Positions 39,701 through 53,084 of a stretch of DNA of 64,000 nt are shown one piece after another. A program made the translations under genes and the position numbers. Under the pieces are notes generated by a model. That model made no database searches. It had not been told where the DNA came from and saw only the letters and a list, made by a program, of their open reading frames with translations. Source of the DNA: Chrysomallon squamiferum (taxonomy: Eukaryota > Animalia > Mollusca); NCBI GenBank assembly GCA_012295275.1, contig CM022665.1:8308001-8372000 (forward strand), written 5' to 3'. Numbering within the stretch: the first letter of the stretch is position 1; the number at the start of each line of letters is the position of its first letter.

Positions 39701-42700
39701 TCACTATTTATGTAGTTCTATAAACAATGAATAATGCATAAAAATAAAAATAAACCAAAGAAATTCACTTTTATAATTTGTGCAAAACAAAACAAAAAAT
39801 TTAAAAAAGAAAGAGAAAAAAGCCCATGATAAATGTATACACCTTTATTATGAGCTAAAATAACATTATCTGTGTAATTAGAATTTCTTTGCTAATTCCC
39901 AATATTTTAATCCCTGAGTCACAAATAACAAAAGTACTAAAAAAAAAAAAGTTAATCAAATTAAATATTTTAACAGATTTATATTAAACCAAATATTCTT
40001 GGAATAAATAACAAGATATGAATATATGTTAAGTTTTTCCATATTTATAATTTAAAACAGTCAATGACCATATCTGTTTAACTTTCAGTGAATCCCAGAA
40101 TGCATACCTGTAGTTTGGTCTGAAATATGTTTTGCACAAATTTTCCCATAACCATTTCTGGATTGTTGAAGACACCAATTATTAACTCATTGGTTCTAGT
40201 ACACAGAGGGACAATATCCTCAAATACATTCTGTTTTAAGAATGCATTCTGTCAGAAAGAAAGAAAATACAAAAGTTGGATACAAAGAAATTAAGTCATT
40301 TGTTCTATTATAAAGAAATCAACAAAATTAAGCAAAAAGAATCAAATTTTTGTTTTACAGTCCAAATTAATTAACAATATATTTTCTACACATCCATGAC
40401 TAATAAACTAAAATATCCATGTAATATAAATATGGAGCAAAAAGAATAATTAACTATTACCTTCTGGCTTTCAGCAATAAATGTCTCAATGCAAACTCCA
40501 TATGCCTGAAAAAAAAAGAAAAAAAAGTTTACACAATAAACAATCTTACCAAAATACCATAATTTAAAAAATATAGAGCAGCATACACTTTCAACTGTTG
40601 ATAGAAATTTTAAACAGAAATGAAAAAAAAAACAGTCCAACATCTGTATTTTATTTGTACCCTTAACACCCACAGAAAAAAAAAGAGAAAAAAAACAAGA
40701 CAAAAGAAAACAAAAAACCCACATATACCTTAAAATTCTGCAAAACGCTTGCTATCTTTTTCATTTTTCTTCGATCACCGCAGTTATGTGCTATTTTAAA
40801 CTCTTCAATCAGTTCTCTTTCCACTGAATCATATTTCTCTGAAGTAAATAAATAAATATTTTGGTATATAGGGTAAATCACTAATATTAGCAATTACACT
40901 TACAGTATCAGAATGCTTAACAATCTTTTCAAAGATTTCCAAAAGTATACTAAACAAAACAGCTGCTTTAAAATAAAAATTTCTTCAGGAACGTTGACAA
41001 ATAAAATGCAAAAATTAAAAAAAAAAAAAAAAAAAAATTAAATAAAATTAAATAATTAAATAAATTAAATTAAAAAAAAAAAATAATAATTAAAAAAAAT
41101 AATTATCAAAAATTGTTTCAAGAATTAAAAATCTCACCTGCAATTCTTTTTCTTGCTCTGTCAAATCTTTAAAAAATAATTTTTAAAAATGACTTAAATT
41201 ATTACCCCCACCAACAAACAAAAACAAATATCAAGCAGAAAAAAATAAACATGCATTACATTATGTCTCTGTATAAAAATTATATTCAAAACAAAAACCA
41301 TTAAACATTTTATATACTTATTTAAAATATGTCATCTTAATTTCATTTTATTTCATAATTACAATCAAATATGATTTCAAGATTTAGGTACCAAACCATT
41401 TATCCAGCTTTCAGAAAACCAGCTATTTTTTAAACTTGCTACTTTTGAACTAAGCAGTCTTTGTTTTACTTTTCCATGACATCAGTTCAAATAAGAGTAC
41501 TGCTCTGTACAGGTTACCCTATCACAATAAGTTTCAGTTTATTCTCATTTTCATTTATCATGTCTAAAAGTCTAGCAGACAGGTACTTTTAGGATTTTAA
41601 GTGAGTTAATTAAGATATATTAAATACAGTTTCATTCTTTATTTTTTACTGTTTATTTTATACAAATACTGTATTCTTCAAATACTGCTGTATTAACACC
41701 ACCAGATTCACCCGGTTTAAGTACTTTTCCAATTTCCCCACCTTTCATTAAAACAATCAATCCAATAGTCATTCAGTTTCTCACCATCCTCATGACAAAG
41801 TTGTTCAGCAAAGCGTCATGCTTTTTGAAGTAGCATTTCACCATTAATATGAATTTCAGGTATTGCAGCTATTTGTTGAAACCATTTAATTAGCGTGAAG
41901 TTGACATCTTCAAACATCACATGCTTGATGTGTTTCATACCACCTTTTCTTGTATCGGGATGCTGTCTCTTTCTGCCAGTTGCCATTTTGTACACTAAAA
42001 TAGTCATTATCGTGAGCGCCATTTCCCAAAATAATATGCTAATTCAAGCAACCCACAAGGCAAGTCACGTGCATATCAACATCCCAGTGCACATCACCTG
42101 CCTACATCCATGACAATAGCTTGAGATAATGGGTAAATTGTGCAAGACGGTGTGTGTGTATGTACATAACAGTATTTGCTGAGGGATTTCCTACTTACAA
42201 CTTAGAGCTAGAAATTAAATGTGGTATGTGTTACCTGGGACCAAGCGTCAGGTGACAACTTAGGTTTAACAACTTAGGCAGGGATATTTTATTGGAAATA
42301 AAGTTACAGAAAATCGGGTCTTTCACTAAGATGTTGACTTACACATTTTGGCAACTTGAAAGCAGACAACTTAGGTGAAGGTTACTGTATTTTAAGTAAA
42401 ATATTAGCCAGTATCAATTAACTTGCTGGATAAACTGTCTGGTATCTGTGTTAAAAAAATAAAAGGTTAAGTTATATGTAGGTCATAACTTTAAATGTTT
42501 GCTATAGATTAAATAGAAGAAAAAAAAACACACATCTGAAACATGACTAAAAAAAATATAAAATTGAGAAATACCCCTACTTTATTAAACAGTGTTGTCA
42601 AGAACCAATGGATTTTCAAATTTTGTTACTTACTTTTCTCCAAGAGGTAACTCAAGTGCAATGAGATGAAGTTTCTGAATAATATCAGCTGCCAACTGAA

Positions 42701-44219
42701 GCTATAATATAAAATAATTTAACAAGTACTGTTCTGAAATTAACCTCACCAGCTAGACTAAGCACTTCAAAATTACCTATATTTGACTCCTGAGACTAGT
42801 GCGTAGTGTGTCCCTAGATTAATGTACAATGAAAATGAGTTATACCACACATTACATATTCAGCCTAACTTTTAAAATCAATTAAACTGTTGGTACCAAT
42901 GAACAGCTTTGAAAAAAACCCAAAAGGAAAATAGTTTACCTGAAAAGGATCTGTTAGAACTGGTGATTTCAGAGGCTCATCAGTCAGAAATTCTGAGAGG
43001 TAGTTCATTAATCTCTGGGCTTCAACTGCTCGAGCTCTGGGTGTATTCACACCTTCTAACTGATCACCTAGATGAACAACTTTTGTTGCAACAAAGCTGA
43101 TTCTTTCATCAAGCTTTTGAAAATGTGTGTATAGTGCCTGAAAATATTTTGTACATATCTGTTATGAAGTACTATTATGATCAATTTTTAGAATAGACAT
43201 TAAAATGTAAATTCATACTGAACAGTTATTAGATATATTAACATTTCTTTCTTTTTTTTTTTTTTTTTAAATAATGTTCTGCATGCTTTGTATTTTTAAT
43301 AATTTTTAAATCACTGAAACAAAATATACATCACTTATCAAATGCAGGATGCTGCAAAAAATTAAACATTTAATTCAGTACCTGGTTTTTCTTCTGAAGT
43401 TCTGCCACTCTCTGCCAATGTCTTTTTTCTTCTTCCTTACAACCATTCTCAAGTTTCTCAATATCATGTGTAATCTGAACATTTTTATCCTTGAGGTCAT
43501 GAATCATATGTTCAAAGGCTGAATGAAGGACCATTGGATCAAATTCATTTAGATTACTGCGAGCTTTGGAACCCATAGTCTTCCAAGCTAGTCGTTCAAC
43601 AAACTCATGAACACTAAAAGGTTCCTTCAAAAAAAAATCAAAACAAATCTAAATTGTGAGATTTAAAATGTTTTAGACTTTTTATCATCCATTATAATCA
43701 TCTGCTATAGTCACAGTATTGCAACTTTAATAGAGATGATTCATAACTGTTAAAAAAATTTCTGCTTGGTCAGTATTTTCTGGTAACAGCTGTACTACAG
43801 TTACTTAGAAATGGAGATCTTAACTGAAGACATTTCTGCATGGTCAAAAATTGGCAAAATATATCAATGAATGGAAAGTATGCATCTTATTGTGGAAAGT
43901 AAAATAACAGGTGAAAATCATTTATAAATAGCATAAACTAGAGCTTGATTAAATTTTATTTCAAAAAGGTTAATGAATATAAAAATTAAACTATAAATAT
44001 AAAATGGTCAAAGAATTTAAAATTAATATACAGCTATATATAGTTATACAGACAGAAATAACTGGTCTGTTCAGATTATTTCAATCATTGCCATTGGTGT
44101 CTCTTCACAATCACGGTGTATGTATTTGTTGTTTTGTTTTTACTTAATTCGACTAAAATGTTATGAAAATACCTTTATGAAGACTAAACTTCAAATTAAA
44201 ATTCAACTATTTTTAGGAA

Positions 44220-44253
<34 letters not shown>

Positions 44254-44558
44254 TTTATTAGTATAATACTTATTAGTTATGTGCATACAAAATCGAAATG
44301 ACGGAATGAATATAATTGTATTCCAATCGGTTAGAAGATGCTAAAAACAAATTTTAAAAGCACGGTTGTTAATTTTAACTTAAGGTTAGTTCAGTGAAGA
44401 GGAAAGATGATAAAAAAAAATCGCTGGTGATTTCTACACACACACTGACACAGTCACTGCAACTTATTACTGTCATTGACTAATTTTTCTGTCATCATTT
44501 ATCTACGTCATGAAACAAAATAAAAGTTACAAACCTGATCAAGTTCTTCTATAGACAT
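33742..44558 (-). CDS. EXOC5: Exocyst complex component 5 (Sec10), 711 aa
   Basis: 19 GT-AG exons: 44558-44535, 43624-43382, 43137-42940, 42701-42634, 41166-41138, 40838-40729, 40505-40461, 40248-40108, 39717-39641, 38705-38595, 38380-38285, 38157-38001, 37769-37661, 37342-37219, 36906-36820, 36319-36211, 35946-35790, 34306-34143, 33828-33742 (2136 nt, open frame). Motifs EPFSVHEFVERLAW, VATKVVHLGDQLEGVNTPRARA, EQKKSDFKP, LDGKNV, LRSDYKTAKI. Confidence 0.96.
41700..42387 (-). mobile_element. Tigger/pogo-like transposon relic in EXOC5 intron 4
   Basis: Interrupted ORF FEDVNFTLIKWFQQ...INGEMLLQKA*RFAEQL...WI resembles the CENP-B-type HTH of Tigger transposases. TA-flanked terminus CAGTAACCTTCACCTAAG at 42387 with repeated ACAACTTAG subterminal motifs. 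Left boundary uncertain. Confidence 0.7.
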
Positions 44559-44774
44559 TTTTAAAATATTTATATATTTTAATTTTATTTTTCCCTCGTA
44601 CAAGCTAAATTATTACAAAAACGATATTTTCACGCCTTAATTTCCGTAAATGAACTCTTTCCAAGGGTGGTAACTCTATGTGTTTTTTGTTTTTGTTTTG
44701 TTTTTCCTTTGGCACATACCAGTCAAACATTTATATATGTAGCCGTGATCCATTTTCGCAATTTATTAAGTCGG

Positions 44775-44776
<2 letters not shown>

Positions 44777-44830
<54 letters not shown>
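44777..44830. repeat. (CA)n microsatellite
   Basis: About 27 CA units directly abutting a transposon end. Confidence 0.92.
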
Positions 44831-44832
<2 letters not shown>

Positions 44833-45172
44833 GGTACCTCGACTTACGAGTGCTCCAGCTTTACGAGTTTTTCGAGTTACGAGCAGTCGGCCAGTCAAGT
44901 TTGCTTTGAGTTGCGAGTCAAAATCCGAGTTACGAGCGAGCTCCAGATACGCCGCCGTTCGTTGACGCAACGAACAACATACCATTCGGCCAGCATCCCA
45001 CATCTCATTCGTTTACTTCCACGTGGTTACCTTGCCGCGGAAGCATCTTTGTTGTGTTGTGTTCGCTTTTTGTACAGTATTTTGCCACATTTCTTTTTTC
45101 TGACCATGGATCATAAGAAAGTGAGTGCAAAGGACAGTTCTGAGAAGAAGAAGTAGATGATGTCCATTGATG
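44829..45172 (+). mobile_element. 5' fragment of a Tigger-type Tc1/mariner-superfamily transposon
   Basis: Terminus CAGTGGTACCTCGACTTACGAG, repeated (GAG)TTACGAG subterminal motifs, then MDHKKVSAKDSSEKKK*MMSIDV, resembling a Tigger transposase N-terminus, truncated shortly after. Confidence 0.72.
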
Positions 45173-45698
45173 TCCGTATTAAATTAAAGTGATTGGGAAT
45201 GAAAATAATTGAAGTGTACCGTTGGCGTTGGTAATATGACTAAACGATTGAAATGCTTATTTTAAAGATCGTGGACTAATTAGTTGAATAAGTTAGGTTT
45301 TTATTTATATATTTATTTTTCTTGTACTGTTCATATATCGCCCGAAATAAAATGGTTAAAATTAACAATAAATAAATAAATAAATACAATTTGGGCAGTA
45401 TGAAAATGTTTTGACCAAAAAAAAAAAAAAAAAGAAGAAAAAAAATAAACTTAACTTAAATTTTAAGCCATTTTTGTATGGAGATTCATAATACAATAAT
45501 TAGCTCACGGATTATTACAGTAAATCATGCATTTATAGTTTATGCAAACGCCTAAAAGTACGAGTGTCTAGTTTTCTAAAGCCAAACAACTCCACTGCCG
45601 GATCATAGATGTCCGCAGCGCGTGTATTAAAATATTTTAGAAGTAATCTGTTCAAAGTTAGCATTAGACTTTATATTTTATGAACTGTGAACAAAATA

Positions 45699-45707
<9 letters not shown>

Positions 45708-45756
<49 letters not shown>

Positions 45757-45763
45757 ATATATA
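45708..45763. repeat. (TA)n microsatellite
   Basis: TA run with one interruption. Confidence 0.88.
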
Positions 45764-45919
45764 TTATTTTTACAATTTAATTATTATTATTGTTATTATT
45801 TTTTTATTATTATTTAAATGCAGTATAAGATAGGATATGGCTAATAATGTTTACAAACATGATTTATTAAAATGTTTGAATACCCTTTTTACTGCGGATG
45901 CTGATGGCCACATCGAAAC

Positions 45920-45952
<33 letters not shown>

Positions 45953-46272
45953 GTAAATTAAATAAATAAAAAATGATAATAAGTAAATAAATAAAAAGTT
46001 AAAGAAAATGACAGTCGAATATGCAAGAAATTTCGAAATCGCAGTTTTTTTGACAGTTTAGAATTATAAAGTATTTAAATTATTATTTCGTTGATCCTCG
46101 GATACACTTTAAATTTTTTTTTTTTTTTTTTTTTCTTTATGTTTCTGTAAGCAAATGCAACATACGACTGCAGTAAGAGTTTTAAGCTATAATAAACAAT
46201 TCATTAGGTATTGGATACTCACGAAATGATCGTTTTTATTTTTTAATCAGTGGCTCCTTATCGATCTCATCC

Positions 46273-46278
<6 letters not shown>

Positions 46279-46352
<74 letters not shown>
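46279..46352. repeat. Compound (CT)n(CA)n microsatellite
   Basis: Directly visible. Confidence 0.92.
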
Positions 46353-46357
<5 letters not shown>

Positions 46358-47053
46358 CTTAATAAAGAACTAATTAAACTGCACAGTGTATATTTGTACA
46401 GTTTTGCCAAAGGACAGTTCGTGCTGAGTTTCAACAGAACATTAAACAAAAATATGTGATGTGTCTGAAGTTTAACAGTAGTGCTACAGATAATGGTGGA
46501 AAAAATGTTATCCATTGTGAATTGGTAGTAAAATGCACACTATGATTTGTTCAGTCAAAAGAAAGAAACGTCCGACTAATTACGAGATATCATTGTCCAG
46601 TGCTATAGTCAACGAACGACAACTCTTACTGAGGAATCATCTCACATTCACGTACCAGTTGAAACAGGTAAAAACCGAAATATTTAATTCAGGTAAATCT
46701 GTCTTTGTTAAGGTCATTTTAAAGAGAACACATTACTGAATAGAACATGCAAATTTGATAAAGATATCTCTTGAAATAACGTTTTTAAGACTGACTTAGA
46801 AAAAAATAATAATAACTTCGGAGTTGATGTTTGACTATTTTGAAAGACTATACCGTATACGGGTACCTTTGTCAATTGTTATTGATATCTTCAAACTTTT
46901 TTTTTTTATTTGGGACTGAATGTCTTTCGATTTATATAAAATACATCTTTATTTGACAATAACAAAAAAATATATTAGCATTTCTACTTAATCTCATGAC
47001 GATCATTTCAAAACGATAAGATTGTCAGTTGATTCTCCGTTGTTTATCAAAGA

Positions 47054-47256
47054 TGACGTCAAGAAACGAATACGATGAGGAAGCTGAATATGTATATAAT
47101 GATAATTGTTCTTTTTGAAGGTATATAACAGTAATGATGAAACTGAAACTTGAATGAGGGCATCCCCTTTGAGGAAAACAACAAAAAAACGAACATCTCG
47201 TGACCTTCCGCTATGACGCAGAAATGACTTTAGTCACGTACAAAGAAAAGTGAACT
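47054..47256 (+). promoter_or_regulatory. Candidate IAP promoter/enhancer motif cluster (CRE, ISRE, kB-like, IRF-E-like)
   Basis: TGACGTCA 47054-47061; GAAACTGAAACT 47139-47150; GGGCATCCCC 47158-47167; TGACGCA 47214-47220; GAAAAGTGAACT 47245-47256. Confidence 0.5.
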
Positions 47257-47809
47257 TTATACCCGTGTTGATTGCTATTAAATCTAATTTATAAGTATTA
47301 GTGGTCTTTGAATGAGTGCTAGATGAGATTTCTGAAAGTTTATCTTCGGACAAGAACACTGTATTACGATATATTATACTTCATACTTCTGAGTGGATCT
47401 ATCATTCTGTTTTTCTTGCAACGAGCTGTGTCATACTGGCAGATACTGCGATACCATTTGCAGATCCGTTCGTTTTAGAATCGGTTTTTCGATGTGACTC
47501 ACCAAAGACACTGATACTTAAGATTAAATGTAAAACTATCTATATTTTATTTAGCAGCATTAATTGTCAATCATTTTGAACAATATATTGGCTCTTTTTT
47601 TTTTAAGTTTAACTTTTTCTAACGGTTTAATTTAATTTCTTTGATTTTTTTCTGGTTTTTCCCTAAATATTGGCTATTAATAGAACCAACGGTCAGTTCT
47701 ATGTGAATTACAACAGCTCTGTATCTGGTAACTAAGTTGGTTTCTTTTAATACTTTGAGTATACATCCTTGACAAGAAATTAATTGTTTAAAAAGTTTTC
47801 AAACAAGTA

Positions 47810-47859
<50 letters not shown>
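47810..47859. repeat. (AAT)n microsatellite
   Basis: Pure AAT run. Confidence 0.9.
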
Positions 47860-47860
<1 letters not shown>

Positions 47861-48415
47861 CAAAACAACAACTGCAGTAGAATTATTGATTGTTAACTGT
47901 TGTTGGTAATTCTTAAATTGTTATTCTGGGTCCTTGTGCAGAGTTTGTTCATGGAAATCAGTTTTGTCCAGTCATTACATGATTATTAATGATTAAACTT
48001 AAATATAGTAATAGGTATTTAAGTTTTCAGTTAGAGCATGACTGATTAAATTTTTCTTTTTAAATCTTTTTTTATCTCTTCAGTTTGTATTTTGAATTTT
48101 TGTCTACTTCAGTAACATTACTTATAAATTTTATATCATCAATAGTTACATTTCTTTTTACATAATTTTTTAATTTATATATATGAAATGTTACAATTAA
48201 AATAAAACAAATTGTTTTCAGATGTGCACTTTACATATATATATGTATTTAAACAACAGAATATTTAAATAACAGTATATTTGTGATTGTAATTTGTAAC
48301 CTTGTCTGTTTCAGATTTATGTCTGCATTTGAAATGAAATGTAAAATAGAAATTACACTGTAGATGTTACTTTGTAAAATCTCGGTGGCCTTAAAATATG
48401 AAGTATGTTGTATAA

Positions 48416-48786
48416 CTTCCAGCTCTATTGATGACATTTCTGACAAAATTAGTGTGAAAAAGGAAACAGAAAAACTTTCACATAAGAAAACAAATATTGT
48501 TTTTATGGTTTTAATAATCCAAACACAAAAAAGAATTATTAAGTTTGGTTGGATCATTCTAATAGAAAATTGCAGAAGATATTCTACCTTGTTTCCAACC
48601 AGAAAGAAACAAAATATCCTACTTCCAGTAGATCTATCAGTGACATTTCTGACAAAACTAGTTAATAGAAGCAAACTAAAAAACTTTCATATGAGAATTA
48701 CTAAGTTTGATTGGATCATTCTAATAGAAAATTGCAGAAGATATTCTTGTTTCCAATCAGAAAGAAACAAAATATCCTACTTCCAG
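48416..48786 (+). repeat. Imperfect tandem duplication just upstream of the IAP start codon
   Basis: 48532-48628 is nearly identical to 48694-48786; 48416-48488 resembles 48621-48697. Confidence 0.85.
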
Positions 48787-48877
48787 AAGTCTATTGAATA
48801 TCATAAAAACTATTATATTTCAATCAGATTCCACAGAGTTTATTATTTAGTATAAGAATTTTCATTTATCATTAAAA

Positions 48878-51800
48878 ATGATGCAGCCAATAACCTTAGA
48901 GAAAGGATATTTTTCAAGATTGGCTGAAGGACGACCATTAGCTCCAGGTGAAGAATTAAAATTTGAGATATTACGTTTAAAGACATTTAGTCAATGGAAT
49001 GATTATGACAAAGCACGTCCAATCAGATTAGCAAAAGCTGGATTTATCTATACAGGGCACAACACAAAGGTACAATGTTTTGTTTGTCACTTAACCAAAC
49101 ATGTTTGGAATAAGGACATGGACCCTTTGTTAGAGCATGGAAAACTAAATCCAGAGTGTCCCTTTGTACGAAAAGTGGATAATATTAACATAGTTGTATA
49201 TGTTCCAGATGACGACATGTGTAAGAGCATTAACAATTTACTTCATCAGCAGTATTGTGTTTCTGCTGGTCATGATGAAACAAATAGACCACAAACATCA
49301 AACCCTTTGACTGCACTTGGCAGAGATCAGATAGCATTACCAAATGCATTAATATCTGTAACAAATGTATCAGATAATCGGCACTACCCTATTTTGGCAA
49401 ATGACAATGCTTCTGCTGGTACTACCCGTCAGGCAATTGGTAATTACAGTTCTGCACACTCGGAAGCAGATCCTATCGCAGAAGAATTTTCCCATTACAA
49501 AAAAGAAGTATCTCGATTTGCTACATTTGAAACCTGGCCAGCAACAGCCAAAGCTAACCCACGTGATTTGGCAAGGAATGGTTTCATATATACTAAGATT
49601 GCTGACAGAGTTCAATGTGTCTTTTGCAAGGGCATTCTCAGAAACTGGAATGAGGAAGATGATCCTAGTGAAGAACATCGAGAATATTTCCCTAACTGTC
49701 CTTTTATCCAAGGAAAGAATGTAGGCAATATTCCAGATTTCACAATTACTGAAGGTATCTATAAACGTACATTTCAAGAACTATTGTAAGATTCATGAAA
49801 GCAATAATTATATTCCAGAAAGCAAATTACATTATAATAAACCTATTTGAACAATTATTCAGAAATTAATTATAAAAACATAAACAAAATACAGTAATAA
49901 AATTTAAACTGAAACTTTTATTGTGATGTACACTTAACTTTTTCAGGTAATGAATTTATAAATGTGACTTCTGATGCAACTCTAGGGATCGTTACTGAAA
50001 GGCCAAGGCATCCAAATTATGCTGTAGAAGCTGTACGTTTGAATTCCTTTGTCAACTGGCCCAGTTCAAAAGAACAGACTCCTGAAATGCTTGCAAAAGC
50101 TGGATTTTTTTATGCAGGTAAAATGTCAACAAAAATATGTAGGGAAATTGAGGCAGTGAATCAGCAAAATTGTTTTGTCAGTTTTCTCCTACCAGTTTGT
50201 CATTATGTTTCCATTATATGTTTCATATACAATGTGGGGGTGTTGTGCATAAACCCAAGGCAGCAGCTCCTTGCCAACTCCCTTACGTTTTTGGTGAGAG
50301 ACATTTAAAAACATTTTTTAAAGTGATTTACTGTGTTCCTGGACCAGGGTTAAGTGAATCAAATTTACATAACGCTAAATTCAGATTTGTAGAAACCTCA
50401 GACATGCTTTTGATGCTCATATGTATTTTAAATATCCATTTTATGTTTTAATTACATATTTAATAGATAATTTTATTTAGCTTAAGTTTTCTGACATTTT
50501 ATTCTTTTACCCAATTTTAGGAATTGGAGACAGTGTAAAATGTTTCTTTTGCGATGGTGGTCTGAGGACATGGGAACCTGGTGATGATCCATGGAGAGAA
50601 CATGCTCGATGGTTTCCAAGATGTCCTTATGTTCGTCAGGTCAAGGGCCAAGAGTTCATAAGTTCTGCATCAAATAATGCTTCTGTAAGTTGAAAAATTA
50701 CATTCATTTAAGCCACTTAAATCACAGGATATCATAAATTGCCATGTTTTCACCAGAGAATATTAATTAATTTGCTTTTTAAAGTTACTTATCTTTGTTT
50801 CAAGTAGTAGAAATGATGATTCTAACAATTTAATACAGATTAATTCTTTTTTTGATGTAAAAAAAACTGTTGAAAAACTAGAACTGATGAGATGATAAAA
50901 AGGTTTATTTATTTTCAAGTAGTTTGAAATTCTCTAATGATGTTTTATTTTTATTTTAGGGAAATGTTGCCAAAAACCACAGTGAAAATAAAAAAAATAG
51001 GACACCTGGTTAGTTTTTTTTTGTTTACAGCAAATTAAGTTATGAAATGTATTCCATGTTATCAAAATTTTTGGAAACAGTTTTTTAAATAAACACTTTA
51101 TTAACTTGCATATTTAAAGTATTTAACTACATAACTGGAAAAAAAGAAGAAAAAGTATATTTTCATCATCATCATTTACTGCATTCTAATATTAGTATTT
51201 GTTGGTTGTTCTAAGCTGTTTGTGTGCTTCAGGTTCCAAAGCAGAAAAGCAAACCATGGCAAAAGGAAAAACAAATATTGATCCACGGGATGTTAGTGCC
51301 AGAATGGACACACCAGTGGTGCGCACTGTGCTGGTCATGGGCATACCAAGAAACACTGTTGAAAAAACAATTGAACGACATTTGCAAGAAACGGGTAATT
51401 CCATTTTATTGGTTTTTCTCTTTATATACTTCGCACTGAAAGGTTAAATATATGCAGTTATCTTTAAAAATAATAATGAAAATATAATAATATACAGTGT
51501 TTTGCTTGATTTTGTATGGTGTATAATGAATCAGCAAGTAGCTTTTAACAGGTAGTCACATCTCTTACATAAGAGACAGCACAAAGACAATTTACACTTT
51601 GGTAGATATAATGTCTTGTGTTAAGTAGTGGTTCATTTTTATTTGTATTCGTTTTTGTTTTTAAATTCATCTTCCCTACGTTATACATCACACTAGCTAT
51701 CAGTTTTATTAAGTTTAAATCCTATTGGAAAGATTTTATCTTTTTAAACAAGGAAACAAACCAACTGCTGTTCAGTCATATGCAGAATGTAGCATTTGAT

Positions 51801-52809
51801 TAAATTGTGTTCTTTCTTTTCACATGGAAACAGGTGATGATTTTGCTTCAGCAGAAGCACTACTTGAAGCGGTTTTTGATTATCAGAACAGAGATGATTC
51901 CAGTGTTAATCCAAGTAATAAAACAAACCTTTCAACAGCCAACATTTCAGAGTCCAAAGAAACCAAAAATTCCAGTAAATTTTATGACTGAATTAATTTA
52001 TAGTTAATAACAAAAATCCCTGCATACCTAGAATTTTTTTTTTTTTTTTTTTATTTTGAATATTGTAACTTTTTATGTGTAAGAAGAAAATTCCCCCAAA
52101 GTCTTTGGATGTTTTATGCTATTCATACCTAAAGGTCACTAAATTTCAAGTATTTTTGGAATGCAGCACATTTCACTATTCCTTGAATAATTAATTTGCA
52201 TGTTATAACACTTTAGATTAATTTTGCATTGCCACTTTAGGAATGATTTACAGTTGACACAGAGATTAAATGAAAATTTGGTCTATTTAAATAGAAACTT
52301 ATTCCATTGAGGTGGTGCTTTTGTTTTCAAAATGAACTCTATCAAAACATTTTTTATTTCTTTCTGCTTCAGAAGAGGAAAATAAGCAGTCAAAAATGGA
52401 AGAAGGTGTTTCCAGTGAAGGTAAGAGTAAACTAAAGTAACTGTTGAATTCAAACAAATTTATTTAAACAAATATAAATAGTTTATAACAAATAATCTGA
52501 AACAAGATTTAACGTATGTGTTTTGGATTGTTTGCAGTAAAAAAAAAGTAGTGTGGAAACATTTTAGAAAAATTAAAAAAAAAATTATTTGAAGGGATTT
52601 TTTTTTCTCCAGATACTGAGTCTTTACTAGAAGAAAACAGACAACTGAAGGAGCAGCGACAGTGCCGTATTTGCATGGATGCTGAAGTTAATGTTGTGTT
52701 TCTTCCTTGTGGTCATTTGGTTTGTTGCACAACATGTGCTCCAGCTATGCGAAAATGTCCAATATGTCGGGGAAATATTCGGGGAACAGTACGCACATTT
52801 TTATCCTAA
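48878..52809 (+). CDS. Inhibitor of apoptosis protein (baculoviral IAP repeat-containing, BIRC2/3/7-like): 3 BIR + UBA-like + RING, 602 aa
   Basis: Exons 48878-49754, 49947-50117, 50521-50684, 50960-51008, 51233-51394, 51834-51974, 52373-52420, 52613-52809 (1809 nt, open). BIRs CFVC..H..CPF, CVFC..H..CPF and [30 protein letters not shown]; UBA-like [12 protein letters not shown]; [26 protein letters not shown]...CPICRG..VRTFLS*. No CARD seen. Exact orthology unresolved. Confidence 0.95.
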
Positions 52810-53084
52810 ACTCTGTGAAAGTAATACAGTTGAAGATTATTATTTTTCTGCATTCGCATTTGAAACACTAAGAGAAAACATCATTTTAAGAAAAAAAATT
52901 TGTTTGTTTCAGCTTTTGATTGCATTCAAAACCTAAAGAAATAAAAATGATTAAAATGCTACTGATGTTTCTGCAAATGTTTTATTTATTACAAACTTCA
53001 CAGTATAAATACTAAACAACTTGCTAAATTTCACATAGTTTATCACAACAAACTCGATTAATTAAACTGCATTTAGAAAAAATG

